A stretch of DNA of 64,000 nt, from contig DASXUG010000001.1 in the NCBI GenBank assembly GCA_036504995.1, positions 118,077-182,076 of the forward strand, written 5' to 3'. The notes under the pieces are model-generated. The model worked only from the letters and a program-made list of their open reading frames with translations, ran no database searches and was not told the origin of the DNA. This stretch comes from Methylophilaceae bacterium. GTDB lineage: Bacteria > Pseudomonadota > Gammaproteobacteria > Burkholderiales > Methylophilaceae. The number at the start of each line of letters is the position of its first letter. The first letter of the stretch is position 1. Shown in pieces: positions 1 through 9,884 of this stretch. Both the position numbers and the translations under genes were made by a program.

Positions 1-318
1 AAACCGCAACCGCGTATTCCCGATTGGCGTGCGACCATTGTGGGCGTCTATCATGTGAATGAAAAGTTATCGGTAAGTTTGGCGGGGCGCTATAGCGGTA
101 ATCAGGAGGTAAACTTGCTATATAACACGGTTAATCCTGATGCTTATGGCACAACGGTAAGTAACTATACTGTGTTTGACACCAAGTTAGTGTATAAGGC
201 TAGCGAGCGCTGGACGGGCTCTTTGGGCATCAATAATATTGGCAATGATAAGTATTATGTAAACCCAAACCCTTACCCGCAGCGCACGTTTTTTGCCAGT
301 GTAAAGTTTGATTATTAG
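1..318 (+). CDS. TonB-dependent outer-membrane receptor, C-terminal fragment (gene starts upstream of window)
   Basis: Frame 1 is open from base 1 (KPQPRIPDWRATIVG...) and joins the listed 40..318 ORF. The tail GINNIGNDKYYVNPNPYPQRTFFASVKFDY has the alternating strand pattern and terminal aromatic residue typical of TBDR barrels. Confidence 0.7.
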   Translation, partial: KPQPRIPDWRATIVGVYHVNEKLSVSLAGRYSGNQEVNLLYNTVNPDAYGTTVSNYTVFDTKLVYKASERWTGSLGINNIGNDKYYVNPNPYPQRTFFASVKFDY

Positions 319-343
319 TAAGAAGAAAACAGAGGTGGTTTTG

Positions 344-1555
344 ATGAAAAATGCAATTGTTTGGCTTTGCCTGTGCTGTATTCCCTTGCTTACGCAGGCG
401 CATGAAGGTCATGACCATGGCGCACCGTTAGCCGTGTCGGTGGCGTTTGATGCTAAAGGCGTGCTTTGGCGTGTTTCTGCCAAAGATGGTTTTGTGCTGG
501 TGGATGCTTCTAACGATCTTGCCAAGACTTTTTCGTCACCTATTGCGATCAATAGCGAGCCACAGAAAATCGGCTTGGATGGCGATGCTCGACCTAAAAT
601 TGCCATCGCGCCCAATGGCAATATTTATCTGACGTGGACACAAGCTTTGCCCAAGCCATATACAGGTTATATTTGGTTTGCGCGCTCCGCAAATGGGGGC
701 AAAAGCTTTGACAAGCCCTACGTGGTACATACTGATCGTGCTGAGATTACGCATCGATTTGATGCGCTTGCAGTAGCTAATACTGGACGCATCTACGTGG
801 CATGGGTAGATAAGCGTGATCTAGAATCCGCTAAGATAAGCAAGGCCAAATATGATGGTGCGGCGATTTATACTGCAATTTCAGATGATCAAGGTGCGAG
901 TTTTAAGTCTGAGCAAAAGCTGGCAGACAACAGTTGTGAGTGTTGCCGTATTGCCTTAGGTACCACGCAAGACGGTCAAGCAGTAGCCATGTGGCGGCAC
1001 TTGTTTGAGGGTGGTGTGCGTGACCATGCCATGATGCAGTTTGGTGGGAGCTCAACCTCCAACTCAATCACAAGCTCAGGCATTCATCGCGCCAGTTTTG
1101 GTCAATGGAAAATAGATGCGTGCCCTCACCATGGTCCAGCGATTGCGCGAGGTGATCAAAATGGCAATACCTGGGGCTGGCATATGGCATGGTTTGATGG
1201 CGCTTCTGATACCAGTAAAACTGGCTTGTACTATGCGCGTATGGATAGCGAAGCTTGGGTTTCTTCCCCAGCCAAACGGTTTGGGGATGCTAATCAGCAA
1301 GCGGGACACCCTGCGTTACTGAGTCAGGGTGAGCAAGTTTGGTTGGCGTGGAAAGAGTTAACGGATACGGCTAGCGTTATCAAATTAGCGTATTCAAGTG
1401 ACGGCGGACGTAACTGGGCGCCGACTCGTGATGTTACCCAAACGGCGGGTCGAGCCGATTATCCGCAATTGTTAGCTAAGCAAAATCAAACCTTTCTGGC
1501 TTGGGCCACAGAAAAAGAAGGCTTACAGCTATTGAATGTGAGTGAGGTACCATGA
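344..1555 (+). CDS. secreted BNR/Asp-box repeat (sialidase-like beta-propeller) protein with His-rich mature N-terminus
   Basis: ORF 308..1555, with the start moved to ATG 344 (signal peptide MKNAIVWLCLCCIPLLTQA). Asp-box-like motifs SANGGKSF, SDDQGASF, SSDGGRNW. HEGHDHG follows directly after the predicted cleavage site. Confidence 0.6.
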   Translation: MKNAIVWLCLCCIPLLTQAHEGHDHGAPLAVSVAFDAKGVLWRVSAKDGFVLVDASNDLAKTFSSPIAINSEPQKIGLDGDARPKIAIAPNGNIYLTWTQALPKPYTGYIWFARSANGGKSFDKPYVVHTDRAEITHRFDALAVANTGRIYVAWVDKRDLESAKISKAKYDGAAIYTAISDDQGASFKSEQKLADNSCECCRIALGTTQDGQAVAMWRHLFEGGVRDHAMMQFGGSSTSNSITSSGIHRASFGQWKIDACPHHGPAIARGDQNGNTWGWHMAWFDGASDTSKTGLYYARMDSEAWVSSPAKRFGDANQQAGHPALLSQGEQVWLAWKELTDTASVIKLAYSSDGGRNWAPTRDVTQTAGRADYPQLLAKQNQTFLAWATEKEGLQLLNVSEVP

Positions 1556-2031
1556 GGCTATATTTAAAGGTTTTTTTTCTATTTTTATGCGTAGGGTTCA
1601 GTGTTAATGCTAATGCGGAAAATTTCAAAGCATTTAACAGTAATAGTCGTAGCCAAATTGAGCAAAGTAACCAAAGTAAGGCCTTTGTGCTGGCATTCTG
1701 GTCGGTAGATTGTCCATACTGCATCGAAGAAATGCAGTCATTGGGAGATGTGCTACGCAAGCATCCGCAAGTTAAACTGATTACCGTGTGCACAGATACA
1801 ACAGGACATGAAGTAGATATCAGTAAAACTTTAGATCAAGCGCATTTGCCAGCGCATGAGCGCTGGCAATTTGCGGAGGTTGATGAAGATAGACTACGCT
1901 ACAACATTGATAAAAACTGGGGGGGCGAACTGCCGCGAACCTATTTTTATGACGCAAAACATCAAGTACGAGCAATTAGCGGCAGACCAACGATGACCTG
2001 GCTAACAGATTGGTTTTTGCAAGCCAAGTAA
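1552..2031 (+). CDS. periplasmic thioredoxin-fold protein (TlpA/DsbE-like thiol:disulfide oxidoreductase)
   Basis: Signal peptide MRLYLKVFFLFLCVGFSVNANA. CxxC motif WSVDCPYC. ATGA start/stop overlap with the upstream gene. Confidence 0.6.
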   Translation: MRLYLKVFFLFLCVGFSVNANAENFKAFNSNSRSQIEQSNQSKAFVLAFWSVDCPYCIEEMQSLGDVLRKHPQVKLITVCTDTTGHEVDISKTLDQAHLPAHERWQFAEVDEDRLRYNIDKNWGGELPRTYFYDAKHQVRAISGRPTMTWLTDWFLQAK

Positions 2032-2048
2032 CTAATAGCGCCAAAGCT

Positions 2049-3353
2049 TTAGGCGGTGATAGGGTCTTGGTCTACATAAAAACTTACGCGTTTTCTTGGG
2101 TTGAGGTATTCCAATGCATCTTTAGGCAGCTGGGTAGGGCGCATACAAATGCTAATGCTGACGCTTGGATCTTCTCGTAAATCTAAAATTTGTGGCGCTT
2201 CACGTTTCACGGTGGGATCATGCAATAACACGTAGGGGCGTAACGGTGCGCTAGGATTCACCGAGATGACAATGCCGTGAACACCGTTGGTAAGTTGCAC
2301 AATACTACCAGGTGGGTAAACACCTAAAAATTTAATCATACGTTTGAGCAAGGACTGGTCATATTTGTTACGATTTTGTGTGAACATATGCACCAGTGAC
2401 TCATAGGGTGTTTTTGCCAAGTATGGGTTGCTCGGATTACATAAATTATCGTAACTATTCACCATGGCAACAATGCGCGAGAGTGGTCCTAGCTCGTCGC
2501 CTTTTTTGCCCGCTGGGTAGCCTGAGCCATCAATAAATTCATGATGATCTAGAATAATATTGGCAATGCGGTCAGATAAGCCCACTTTTTTTGCCATGCG
2601 CATACCGAATTCACAATGCAGTTCGAGAAAAGATTGTTCAGCAGGATTGAGCGGCTCTTTTTTCATACGTACTTTGTCAGGTATTTCTGCTTTACCGATG
2701 TCATGGAATAAAGCAGCAACCCCTAATATGCGAGTTTCCTCTTCTGAAATGCTTAATGCTTTTGCCATAATCATCGAAAGCACCGAGACGTTAAGGCTAT
2801 GCAAAAAGTTATTGTCGCTTGAGCGATTGCCGTTGATGGCGTGAATCACAATATCACTTTCTGATAAGGTCGATTCGACCATTTCGTTGACAAGGTCAGC
2901 GGCGCGCTCGACGCATTGCACTGAATTAACGAGTATATCGCGCGTGCATTCTTGGGCGATATTTCGCGCCGTAATAAATTTTTTCTCACTCTCATCCAGC
3001 GCAAAATGTAATTGCTTGAGTCGCTCACTTCGATCAATTATTTTTACGGTTTCTGTCGCCTTCGCCATATTGATAATATCTTCGGCACTTACAATTTTTT
3101 GCGATGACTTAAGAATCTGATTGCTCGCCATTGGGTCATAATCGCTACGGCTTGGGTCGTAGCGCAGTCTTTTTATGCCAATCTTTTTGATCGTGGCAAT
3201 TTGCCCTAGATCTTCAACTTTGAAGTTGCTGGTGGCAAAAGGATGATTCATCCAGCCAAGGTCGAGGTGAATAAAGAGACCTACTTTTAACTGATCAATA
3301 TCAATATAAAAGTCTTGGGTGGTGACGCTGCTATCTAGGGCGCTAGTGATCAT
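2049..3353 (-). CDS. HD-GYP domain protein (c-di-GMP phosphodiesterase type)
   Basis: AALFHDIGK (HD) and HHEFIDGSGYP (GYP) motifs in the C-terminal half. 4-nt overlap with the upstream GGDEF-EAL gene. Confidence 0.85.
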   Translation of the reverse strand: MITSALDSSVTTQDFYIDIDQLKVGLFIHLDLGWMNHPFATSNFKVEDLGQIATIKKIGIKRLRYDPSRSDYDPMASNQILKSSQKIVSAEDIINMAKATETVKIIDRSERLKQLHFALDESEKKFITARNIAQECTRDILVNSVQCVERAADLVNEMVESTLSESDIVIHAINGNRSSDNNFLHSLNVSVLSMIMAKALSISEEETRILGVAALFHDIGKAEIPDKVRMKKEPLNPAEQSFLELHCEFGMRMAKKVGLSDRIANIILDHHEFIDGSGYPAGKKGDELGPLSRIVAMVNSYDNLCNPSNPYLAKTPYESLVHMFTQNRNKYDQSLLKRMIKFLGVYPPGSIVQLTNGVHGIVISVNPSAPLRPYVLLHDPTVKREAPQILDLREDPSVSISICMRPTQLPKDALEYLNPRKRVSFYVDQDPITA

Positions 3354-6300
3354 GTTGAGGCCTCTTGTTGACGGGCGGTTTGTCTTTGTTTGTTGTTCAA
3401 TAGAAGTTTGCTGAACTCGATAGCGGTCACAGGTTTGCTATACAAATAGCCTTGCGCTTCCGTGCAACCCATATTTCTTAAAAAGTTGGCTTGTGCTTCT
3501 GTCTCCACGCCTTCGGCAATCACGCTAAAACCTAAGCTGCTTGCCATTGCGTAAATGGCATTGGCGATGGCGGCATCATCTTGATCATCAGGTAAATCGC
3601 GTACAAATGACTGGTCGATTTTAATTTTATCAAGCGGTAGGCGTTTTAAGTTGGATAGTGATGAGTAGCCTGTCCCGAAGTCATCAATCGCTAAACTTAC
3701 GCCCATACTTTTTATGCGATCAAAAGTTTCAATCACAAATTGCGTATTTTGCATGACAGTACTCTCGGTAATCTCAAGCTCTAATATGGATGGATCGCAA
3801 TCTGTTTCAATGATTAAGCCATAAACCGTATCTGCAAAATTGCTGCGTAAAATTTGCACGCCTGATACATTCACTGACACGCGTTTAAAGTTGTAGCCTT
3901 GCGCTTTCCATTGGCCCGCATGCAATGCGGCTTGGCGTATCACCCACTCACCTATTTGCATAATTAAGCCTGTGTCTTCAGCCACAGGGATAAACTTGGC
4001 TGGAGAAACAATCCCCAACTCAGGGTGGTGCCAACGTAATAATGCTTCTGCACCAATAATATCGCCGCTGATTAAACAAACCTGAGGTTGGTAGTACACT
4101 TCAAACTGTTCTCGCTCTAAGGCGCGGCGAAGATGAGTTTCCATATTAAAACGTTCAAGCGCGTTTTCACTCAACTCGCTGGAGTAAAAACAGAAATTGT
4201 TTTTACCCGAGTTTTTAACTTGATACATGGCAATATCGGCCGCCTTGATCAGCCCATCTACTTCATTGCTGTCATTCGGGTAGACTGAAATGCCAACGCT
4301 AGCCCCAATGAAAATTTCTTTACCTTGGATAATGAATTCAGTTTGTATCGCATGGATAATTTTTTTTGCGACAATGGCTGCATCTTCAATTTCATCCAGA
4401 CGATCCATCACCACCATAAACTCATCACCGCCCAGACGTGCGACGACATCGCTGGTGCGAATCGATTGTTTAATGCGACGCGATACTTCTAGTAATAATT
4501 GGTCACCCAATTGATGGCCTAGTGAATCATTGACTGTTTTAAAGCGATCTAAGTCAATAAAGAGCACGGCGATTTTATAGCCTTTGCGCCCAGCGACTTT
4601 GATGGCTTGGTCGAGCAACTCGATGAGTAAACGTCTATTGGGTAAGCCTGTGAGGGCATCCTGATTGACCAATTGATGTAATTGTTTTTGCGATTGTACA
4701 ATTTCTGTAATATCGGCAAACACACCAACGTAATTGGCGACTTTCCCAAGATCATCTTTGACTACAGTTAGCGTTAGCCATTCTTGATAGGATTCGCCGT
4801 TTTTACGATAGTTGGCAACTTCGCCATGCCATTTCTCTTTAGTTCTAAGGCTTTCCCACACCTTATTATCCGCTGTTTGGAAAATCTTAGGGGTAAAGCC
4901 GAGTGCTTCCTCTTCGGTAAAGCCAGTGATCGCGGTAAAGCCTTGGTTAACCCCAATGACTTGTGCATTCACATCCAAAATCATGATGCCTTCAGTGGCA
5001 GAATCAAAAGCGATTTTGGCTTGTTGTAAGCGTTTTTCAGTCGACTGTCTTTGAATGGCCGCACTTAAGGCGCGGCTGATTGCCATCACCGCCCCCAGTT
5101 CCTGCGGGTAAAGCGGTTGTGATGACAGGCTGCGCTCTATCATCAGCGTTCCCCACAGCTTCATATTCACGAACAGGGGCATGATCAAGATTGATTGTAT
5201 ATTGTGCTTTTTTAAAAAGCGCTGCTCATTGAGTGGTAGCTCTTTAACCTCGCTAAAAATTGGGTTGCCTTGCTGTAAAGTGGCTAGCCAACGCTCACAA
5301 TCTTCTGCTTGATAATCTATGGTTTTGAGCGATTGTCCTAGTTTAGGTTGGCCAAGCCCCTGCCATTGATAAATGACTTCCCCTTTGATGGACTTTTGAT
5401 TGGCTTCTGAAGTGGCTTTGTTAGAAACACCACTGTGTATCGTCGAATTGATATGCGTTTTACCATGTTTAAATATGGAGCCACGGTTAAAGCGTGCGGC
5501 TAGGCATAGCTGTTCTAATACTTTATCCGCAATAGTGTGCCAATTTTCACTGGAGTGTAGTAACCAGTCACATGAAATCAGTGCGTCCAGCATCGCGCTG
5601 CGATTTTGCAAATGGCTTTCAGCTAACTTGCGCTCGGTGATGTCACGACTCAAGGTGACTAAACCTTCGCGGCTACCATCATCATGAAATAAGGGCACTT
5701 TCACAACATCAAATACTTTTGCCCCACCATGCGGAAGCGGGATGGTTTGTTCTTCGTGATACGGTTTCTCTTTTGCCCAAGCCTTTTCGTCAGACTGTTT
5801 AATTTGCTTAAAAGCTTCTTTTTGTGAGGGGTGGGCGAAGCTGGCAAGCTCACTATCTGTTCTATATTGATATTGATCGGTGGGGATCTGGAATAAGTCT
5901 AAGCCGCTTTGATTGGCTTCTAACCAGCGACCTTTATGATCCTTAAAGCAAATGAAATCTGGGCTAGCCTCAATTAAGCTGCGTAGCAATTTTTCTGTAC
6001 CGCGTAATTGGTATTCCGTCAGAACGCGGTCGGTGATGTCGTGCATATGCAAAACATAACCATGGGCTTGATGTGCTGTCGCAGGGGTGGTTGATGCGAA
6101 CACCTTCAATGTGCGTACGCTATCGCCAACAGAGTATTGTAGAGTAAAGTCTGAGCTCGATTGCTTTAATGCTGATATGACGCGCTTGTGTATAGAGGGC
6201 GAGAGCCTAGCTTTGCCCTCTAGTAATGCATGATGAGCCAGTGCAAATATCTCGCAAGCGTAATGATTTGCATAGTGGATATTAAGTTTATGATCGCAGG

Positions 6301-6472
6301 CTAAAATAGCGACACCATGAAGCGTGTTGACTAAAGTGTCTACCAGCGCTTCATTTTCAGGTTTTGAGTTTTGCTCAGTATCGGCGGCTGTTTCAAATAA
6401 ATGTGACTGTATCCCTGGCTGTTTAAAAGCAGGATATTGTCCCATTTCAGTCGATACGCTTTTATTTGGCAT
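3350..6472 (-). CDS. multidomain c-di-GMP signalling protein (PAS/GAF-like sensor modules + GGDEF + EAL)
   Basis: 1040 aa. RLGGDEFMVV (GGDEF), EALLRW and DDFGTGYSSL (EAL blocks). PAS-like repeats in the N-terminal ~600 aa. Confidence 0.9.
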   Translation of the reverse strand: MPNKSVSTEMGQYPAFKQPGIQSHLFETAADTEQNSKPENEALVDTLVNTLHGVAILACDHKLNIHYANHYACEIFALAHHALLEGKARLSPSIHKRVISALKQSSSDFTLQYSVGDSVRTLKVFASTTPATAHQAHGYVLHMHDITDRVLTEYQLRGTEKLLRSLIEASPDFICFKDHKGRWLEANQSGLDLFQIPTDQYQYRTDSELASFAHPSQKEAFKQIKQSDEKAWAKEKPYHEEQTIPLPHGGAKVFDVVKVPLFHDDGSREGLVTLSRDITERKLAESHLQNRSAMLDALISCDWLLHSSENWHTIADKVLEQLCLAARFNRGSIFKHGKTHINSTIHSGVSNKATSEANQKSIKGEVIYQWQGLGQPKLGQSLKTIDYQAEDCERWLATLQQGNPIFSEVKELPLNEQRFLKKHNIQSILIMPLFVNMKLWGTLMIERSLSSQPLYPQELGAVMAISRALSAAIQRQSTEKRLQQAKIAFDSATEGIMILDVNAQVIGVNQGFTAITGFTEEEALGFTPKIFQTADNKVWESLRTKEKWHGEVANYRKNGESYQEWLTLTVVKDDLGKVANYVGVFADITEIVQSQKQLHQLVNQDALTGLPNRRLLIELLDQAIKVAGRKGYKIAVLFIDLDRFKTVNDSLGHQLGDQLLLEVSRRIKQSIRTSDVVARLGGDEFMVVMDRLDEIEDAAIVAKKIIHAIQTEFIIQGKEIFIGASVGISVYPNDSNEVDGLIKAADIAMYQVKNSGKNNFCFYSSELSENALERFNMETHLRRALEREQFEVYYQPQVCLISGDIIGAEALLRWHHPELGIVSPAKFIPVAEDTGLIMQIGEWVIRQAALHAGQWKAQGYNFKRVSVNVSGVQILRSNFADTVYGLIIETDCDPSILELEITESTVMQNTQFVIETFDRIKSMGVSLAIDDFGTGYSSLSNLKRLPLDKIKIDQSFVRDLPDDQDDAAIANAIYAMASSLGFSVIAEGVETEAQANFLRNMGCTEAQGYLYSKPVTAIEFSKLLLNNKQRQTARQQEAST

Positions 6473-6553
6473 TGCACACCTAAGATAATTATTTTTATAT
6501 TAAACATAAATTCATTAGGTCTATATCGTCACTGTATGGCGAAACTTGAAGTG

Positions 6554-6592
6554 AAGAGTTAGGTGACTAACAATGTTTGTCACCTAACTCTT
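6554..6592. promoter_or_regulatory. perfect 14-bp inverted repeat (AAGAGTTAGGTGAC-N11-GTCACCTAACTCTT) in a divergent promoter region
   Basis: Read directly from the sequence. No flanking T-run on either strand, so it is not a canonical intrinsic terminator. It lies ~20 nt upstream of the clpB -35 element. Confidence 0.3.
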
Positions 6593-6612
6593 GGCATGTG
6601 TCAGATATTGAT

Positions 6613-6640
6613 CTTGAATTTACGAGATATTGCCCCACCT
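6613..6640 (+). promoter_or_regulatory. sigma-32 (heat-shock) type promoter for clpB
   Basis: CTTGAA (6613-6618), 14-nt spacer, CCCCACCT (6633-6640). Compare the consensus CTTGAAA-N13-15-CCCCATnT. Located 38 nt upstream of the clpB ATG. Confidence 0.6.
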
Positions 6641-6677
6641 ACTAAATAACTAATTTGATGAAAAAGGGGCAAATACC

Positions 6678-9266
6678 ATGCGATTTGATAAATTAACGAC
6701 CAAATTTCAGCAAGCTTTAAATGACGCACAAAGCTTAGCGGTAGGGCACGACAATCCTAATATAGAAGCACAGCATTTATTATCTGCATTGATCAATCAA
6801 GAAGACGGCGGCACGGCTTCTATCCTAGGGCGCGCAGGCGTTAATATCGAGCCACTAAAGACCAGTTTGCAAACAGCGATTGCGAACTTGCCTAAGGTTA
6901 GTAGTGCCACAGGCGAGGTCAGTATTTCTCGCGATTTAAATAACTTACTCAACCTCACTGATAAATATGCGCAAAAACGTGGTGATAGCTATATTGCTAG
7001 CGAAATGTTTTTGCTGGCATTGGCGGATGACAAAGGTGAGACGACCAAACTACTTAAGCAAAATGGCATGAGTAAATCTGCGCTCGAAGCTGCGATTCAA
7101 GCCGTGCGTGGCAATGATCAAGTGAATAATCAAGAGTCTGAAAATAATCGTGAATCACTCAAAAAATATACAGTAGATTTAACCGAGCGTGCGCGTTCTG
7201 GCAAGCTGGACCCAGTGATTGGGCGAGATGATGAAATTCGCCGCGCCATTCAGGTGCTGCAACGTCGCACCAAAAATAACCCCGTGTTAATCGGTGAGCC
7301 AGGGGTTGGTAAAACTGCGATTGTTGAAGGTTTGGCACAACGCATTATCAATGGTGAAGTGCCAGAGTCACTCAAAAACAAACGCGTATTATCCCTTGAT
7401 ATGGCGAGCTTAATTGCAGGTGCGAAATACCGCGGCGAGTTTGAAGAGCGCTTGAAATCAGTTTTGAAAGAATTAGCACAAGATGAAGGCCAAACTATCG
7501 TATTTATTGATGAGCTACACACCATGGTGGGCGCGGGTAAGGCAGAAGGTGCCATGGATGCGGGCAACATGCTCAAGCCCGCTTTGGCGCGCGGTGAGTT
7601 GCACTGTGTGGGCGCTACTACCTTAGATGAATACCGCAAATACATCGAAAAAGATGCTGCTTTGGAGCGCCGCTTTCAAAAAGTATTGGTGGATGAACCG
7701 AGCGTGGAAGCTACCATCGCCATTTTGCGTGGATTACAAGAAAAGTACGAGCTACATCATGGTGTAGAAATTACTGACCCAGCGATTGTTGCTGCGGCAG
7801 AGCTTTCCCATCGCTATATTACTGACCGCTTTTTGCCAGATAAAGCGATTGATTTGATTGATGAAGCGGCTTCACGCATCAAAATGGAAATCGATTCCAA
7901 ACCAGAAGTGCTGGATAAAATGGATCGACGTTTAATTCAGCTCAAGATTGAACGTGAAGCCGTGAAGCGCGAAAAAGATGAAGCCTCACGCAAACGCCTA
8001 GATTTAATTGAAGAAGAAATTGGGCGCTTAGGCAAAGAGTACGCCGACATGGAAGATATTTGGAAGGCAGAAAAAGCTGCGGTTCAAGGCTCTGCACATA
8101 TCAAAGAAGCGATTGATAAAATTAAAGTGCAGATGGAAGAGGCGACACGCAAAGGTGACTGGCAGCGCGTGTCTGAGTTGCAATACGGCAAATTACCACA
8201 ATTGGAAGCGCAGCTTAAAAAGGCTGATAGTGAGGCATCTAAAGGCGCTGTGCAGCAGAATAAACTCTTGCGTACTGAAGTAGGTGCAGAAGAAATTGCG
8301 GAAGTAGTCAGTCGTGCGACAGGTATTCCTGTGTCCAAAATGATGACTGGCGAGCGTGAAAAATTGCTGACTATGGAGAGCAAGTTGCATGAGCGCGTGG
8401 TTGGACAAGATGAAGCGGTGCGCTTGGTGTCCGATGCTATTCGTCGTTCCCGTTCAGGCTTGAGCGACCCCAATCGCCCGTATGGTTCCTTCCTGTTTTT
8501 AGGACCAACTGGTGTGGGTAAAACGGAACTATGCAAAGCGTTGGCAGGCTTTTTGTTCGACTCAGAAGAGCACCTGATTCGTATCGACATGAGTGAGTTT
8601 ATGGAGAAACATTCTGTTTCACGCTTGATTGGTGCGCCTCCTGGCTATGTGGGCTATGAAGAGGGTGGTACCTTGACTGAGGCTGTGCGTCGCAAACCAT
8701 ACTCCGTGATTTTGTTGGACGAAGTAGAAAAAGCCCATCCAGACGTATTTAACGTGTTGCTACAGGTGTTAGATGATGGTCGTTTAACCGATGGGCAAGG
8801 GCGCACAGTAGACTTCAAAAATACGGTAGTGATTATGACCTCTAATCTCGGTAGCCATATGATACAAAGTATGAACGACCAAGATTACCAAGTGGTTAAA
8901 CTCGCAGTGATGGGCGAAGTGAAAACGCACTTCCGTCCAGAGTTTATTAACCGTATTGATGAAGTCGTGGTATTCCATAGTTTGGGTGAGGCGCAGGTAC
9001 GCTCGATTGCAAATATTCAGCTTGGCTTGTTGCAAAAACGCCTGAAAGCAATGGATATGCAGCTTGAAATGAGTGATGAAGCTTTAGCTGAAATTGCCAC
9101 CGCAGGGTTTGACGCTATTTATGGCGCAAGACCACTCAAGCGTGCCATTCAGAGTGAGGTGGAAAATCCACTTGCCCGTGAAATCTTGGCAGGTACTTTC
9201 GCCGCTAAAGATACCATTATGGTCAACTTTACAGGCGGAAAAATGGTGTTCAGTAAACCACATTAA
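6678..9266 (+). CDS. clpB: ATP-dependent chaperone/disaggregase ClpB
   Basis: 862 aa. Two AAA+ modules (GEPGVGKT and GPTGVGKT Walker A motifs) separated by a long coiled-coil middle domain. Clp N-terminal repeats. Confidence 0.97.
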   Translation: MRFDKLTTKFQQALNDAQSLAVGHDNPNIEAQHLLSALINQEDGGTASILGRAGVNIEPLKTSLQTAIANLPKVSSATGEVSISRDLNNLLNLTDKYAQKRGDSYIASEMFLLALADDKGETTKLLKQNGMSKSALEAAIQAVRGNDQVNNQESENNRESLKKYTVDLTERARSGKLDPVIGRDDEIRRAIQVLQRRTKNNPVLIGEPGVGKTAIVEGLAQRIINGEVPESLKNKRVLSLDMASLIAGAKYRGEFEERLKSVLKELAQDEGQTIVFIDELHTMVGAGKAEGAMDAGNMLKPALARGELHCVGATTLDEYRKYIEKDAALERRFQKVLVDEPSVEATIAILRGLQEKYELHHGVEITDPAIVAAAELSHRYITDRFLPDKAIDLIDEAASRIKMEIDSKPEVLDKMDRRLIQLKIEREAVKREKDEASRKRLDLIEEEIGRLGKEYADMEDIWKAEKAAVQGSAHIKEAIDKIKVQMEEATRKGDWQRVSELQYGKLPQLEAQLKKADSEASKGAVQQNKLLRTEVGAEEIAEVVSRATGIPVSKMMTGEREKLLTMESKLHERVVGQDEAVRLVSDAIRRSRSGLSDPNRPYGSFLFLGPTGVGKTELCKALAGFLFDSEEHLIRIDMSEFMEKHSVSRLIGAPPGYVGYEEGGTLTEAVRRKPYSVILLDEVEKAHPDVFNVLLQVLDDGRLTDGQGRTVDFKNTVVIMTSNLGSHMIQSMNDQDYQVVKLAVMGEVKTHFRPEFINRIDEVVVFHSLGEAQVRSIANIQLGLLQKRLKAMDMQLEMSDEALAEIATAGFDAIYGARPLKRAIQSEVENPLAREILAGTFAAKDTIMVNFTGGKMVFSKPH

Positions 9267-9338
9267 TTTAGGTGCGTTATTGAATCTCTTCGCGTTATAG
9301 TAGTCGAAGTTCAATGTCGCATAACAGAAAGATTCATC

Positions 9339-9842
9339 ATGCCTAAATTCATATGGATATTAGTAGGCGCAGCCTTATCAATTACGGGCTGCGCCACTAC
9401 CCCAATGCAACAGCCCCCAGTGGCACGTATATCGCCCGAAGAGTTGGAGCACATCATGCCGAAGCCAGTACCCAATTTGAGTCTGGATGAAATTGTCGCG
9501 TTATCTAAAGCTAATACCCCTGCAGAGCAAATTATCGAAAAAATCAAAGTGAGCAACTCGCACTATGATTTAACGCCCTCGCAAGCTGTGGATCTGAGCA
9601 AGCGCGGAGTTGATGGCAAGGTGCTGGATTACATTTATCAGGCGCGGGAGCAAGCTTTGCGTGATGGCTTTGCCGATGAAATTAATAAGCGAGAAAAGGA
9701 TAAGGTGTTAGAGCAAGAAAAACTCAAGCGAGAATTACGCATGCGCTCTCAACCCTATTATTATGATCCGTTCTATGGTCCGTCACCCTATTGGTATCGC
9801 CGCCCTTACGGGCCAAGCATGTACTACCGGTTTGGTTGGTAA
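9339..9842 (+). CDS. lipoprotein of unknown function with Tyr/Pro-rich C-terminal tail
   Basis: Lipobox LSITGC near the N-terminus. The C-terminus is PYYYDPFYGPSPYWYRRPYGPSMYYRFGW. Confidence 0.55.
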   Translation: MPKFIWILVGAALSITGCATTPMQQPPVARISPEELEHIMPKPVPNLSLDEIVALSKANTPAEQIIEKIKVSNSHYDLTPSQAVDLSKRGVDGKVLDYIYQAREQALRDGFADEINKREKDKVLEQEKLKRELRMRSQPYYYDPFYGPSPYWYRRPYGPSMYYRFGW

Positions 9843-9884
9843 CGTTTCGTTTGTCTGGGTTGGAGTTTTAATTAGTTAACAGAT

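Noticed and set aside
7250-8590. Antisense ORFs of 131 aa and 168 aa inside clpB. Similar cases are 21297-21806 in clpX, 35420-35839 in clpA, 12161-14698 in the RND gene and 63235-63855 in the secretin gene.
   Set aside because: All are embedded opposite highly conserved, confidently identified genes. They have low-complexity, Ser/Arg/Cys-rich translations and no motifs. They are shadow ORFs.
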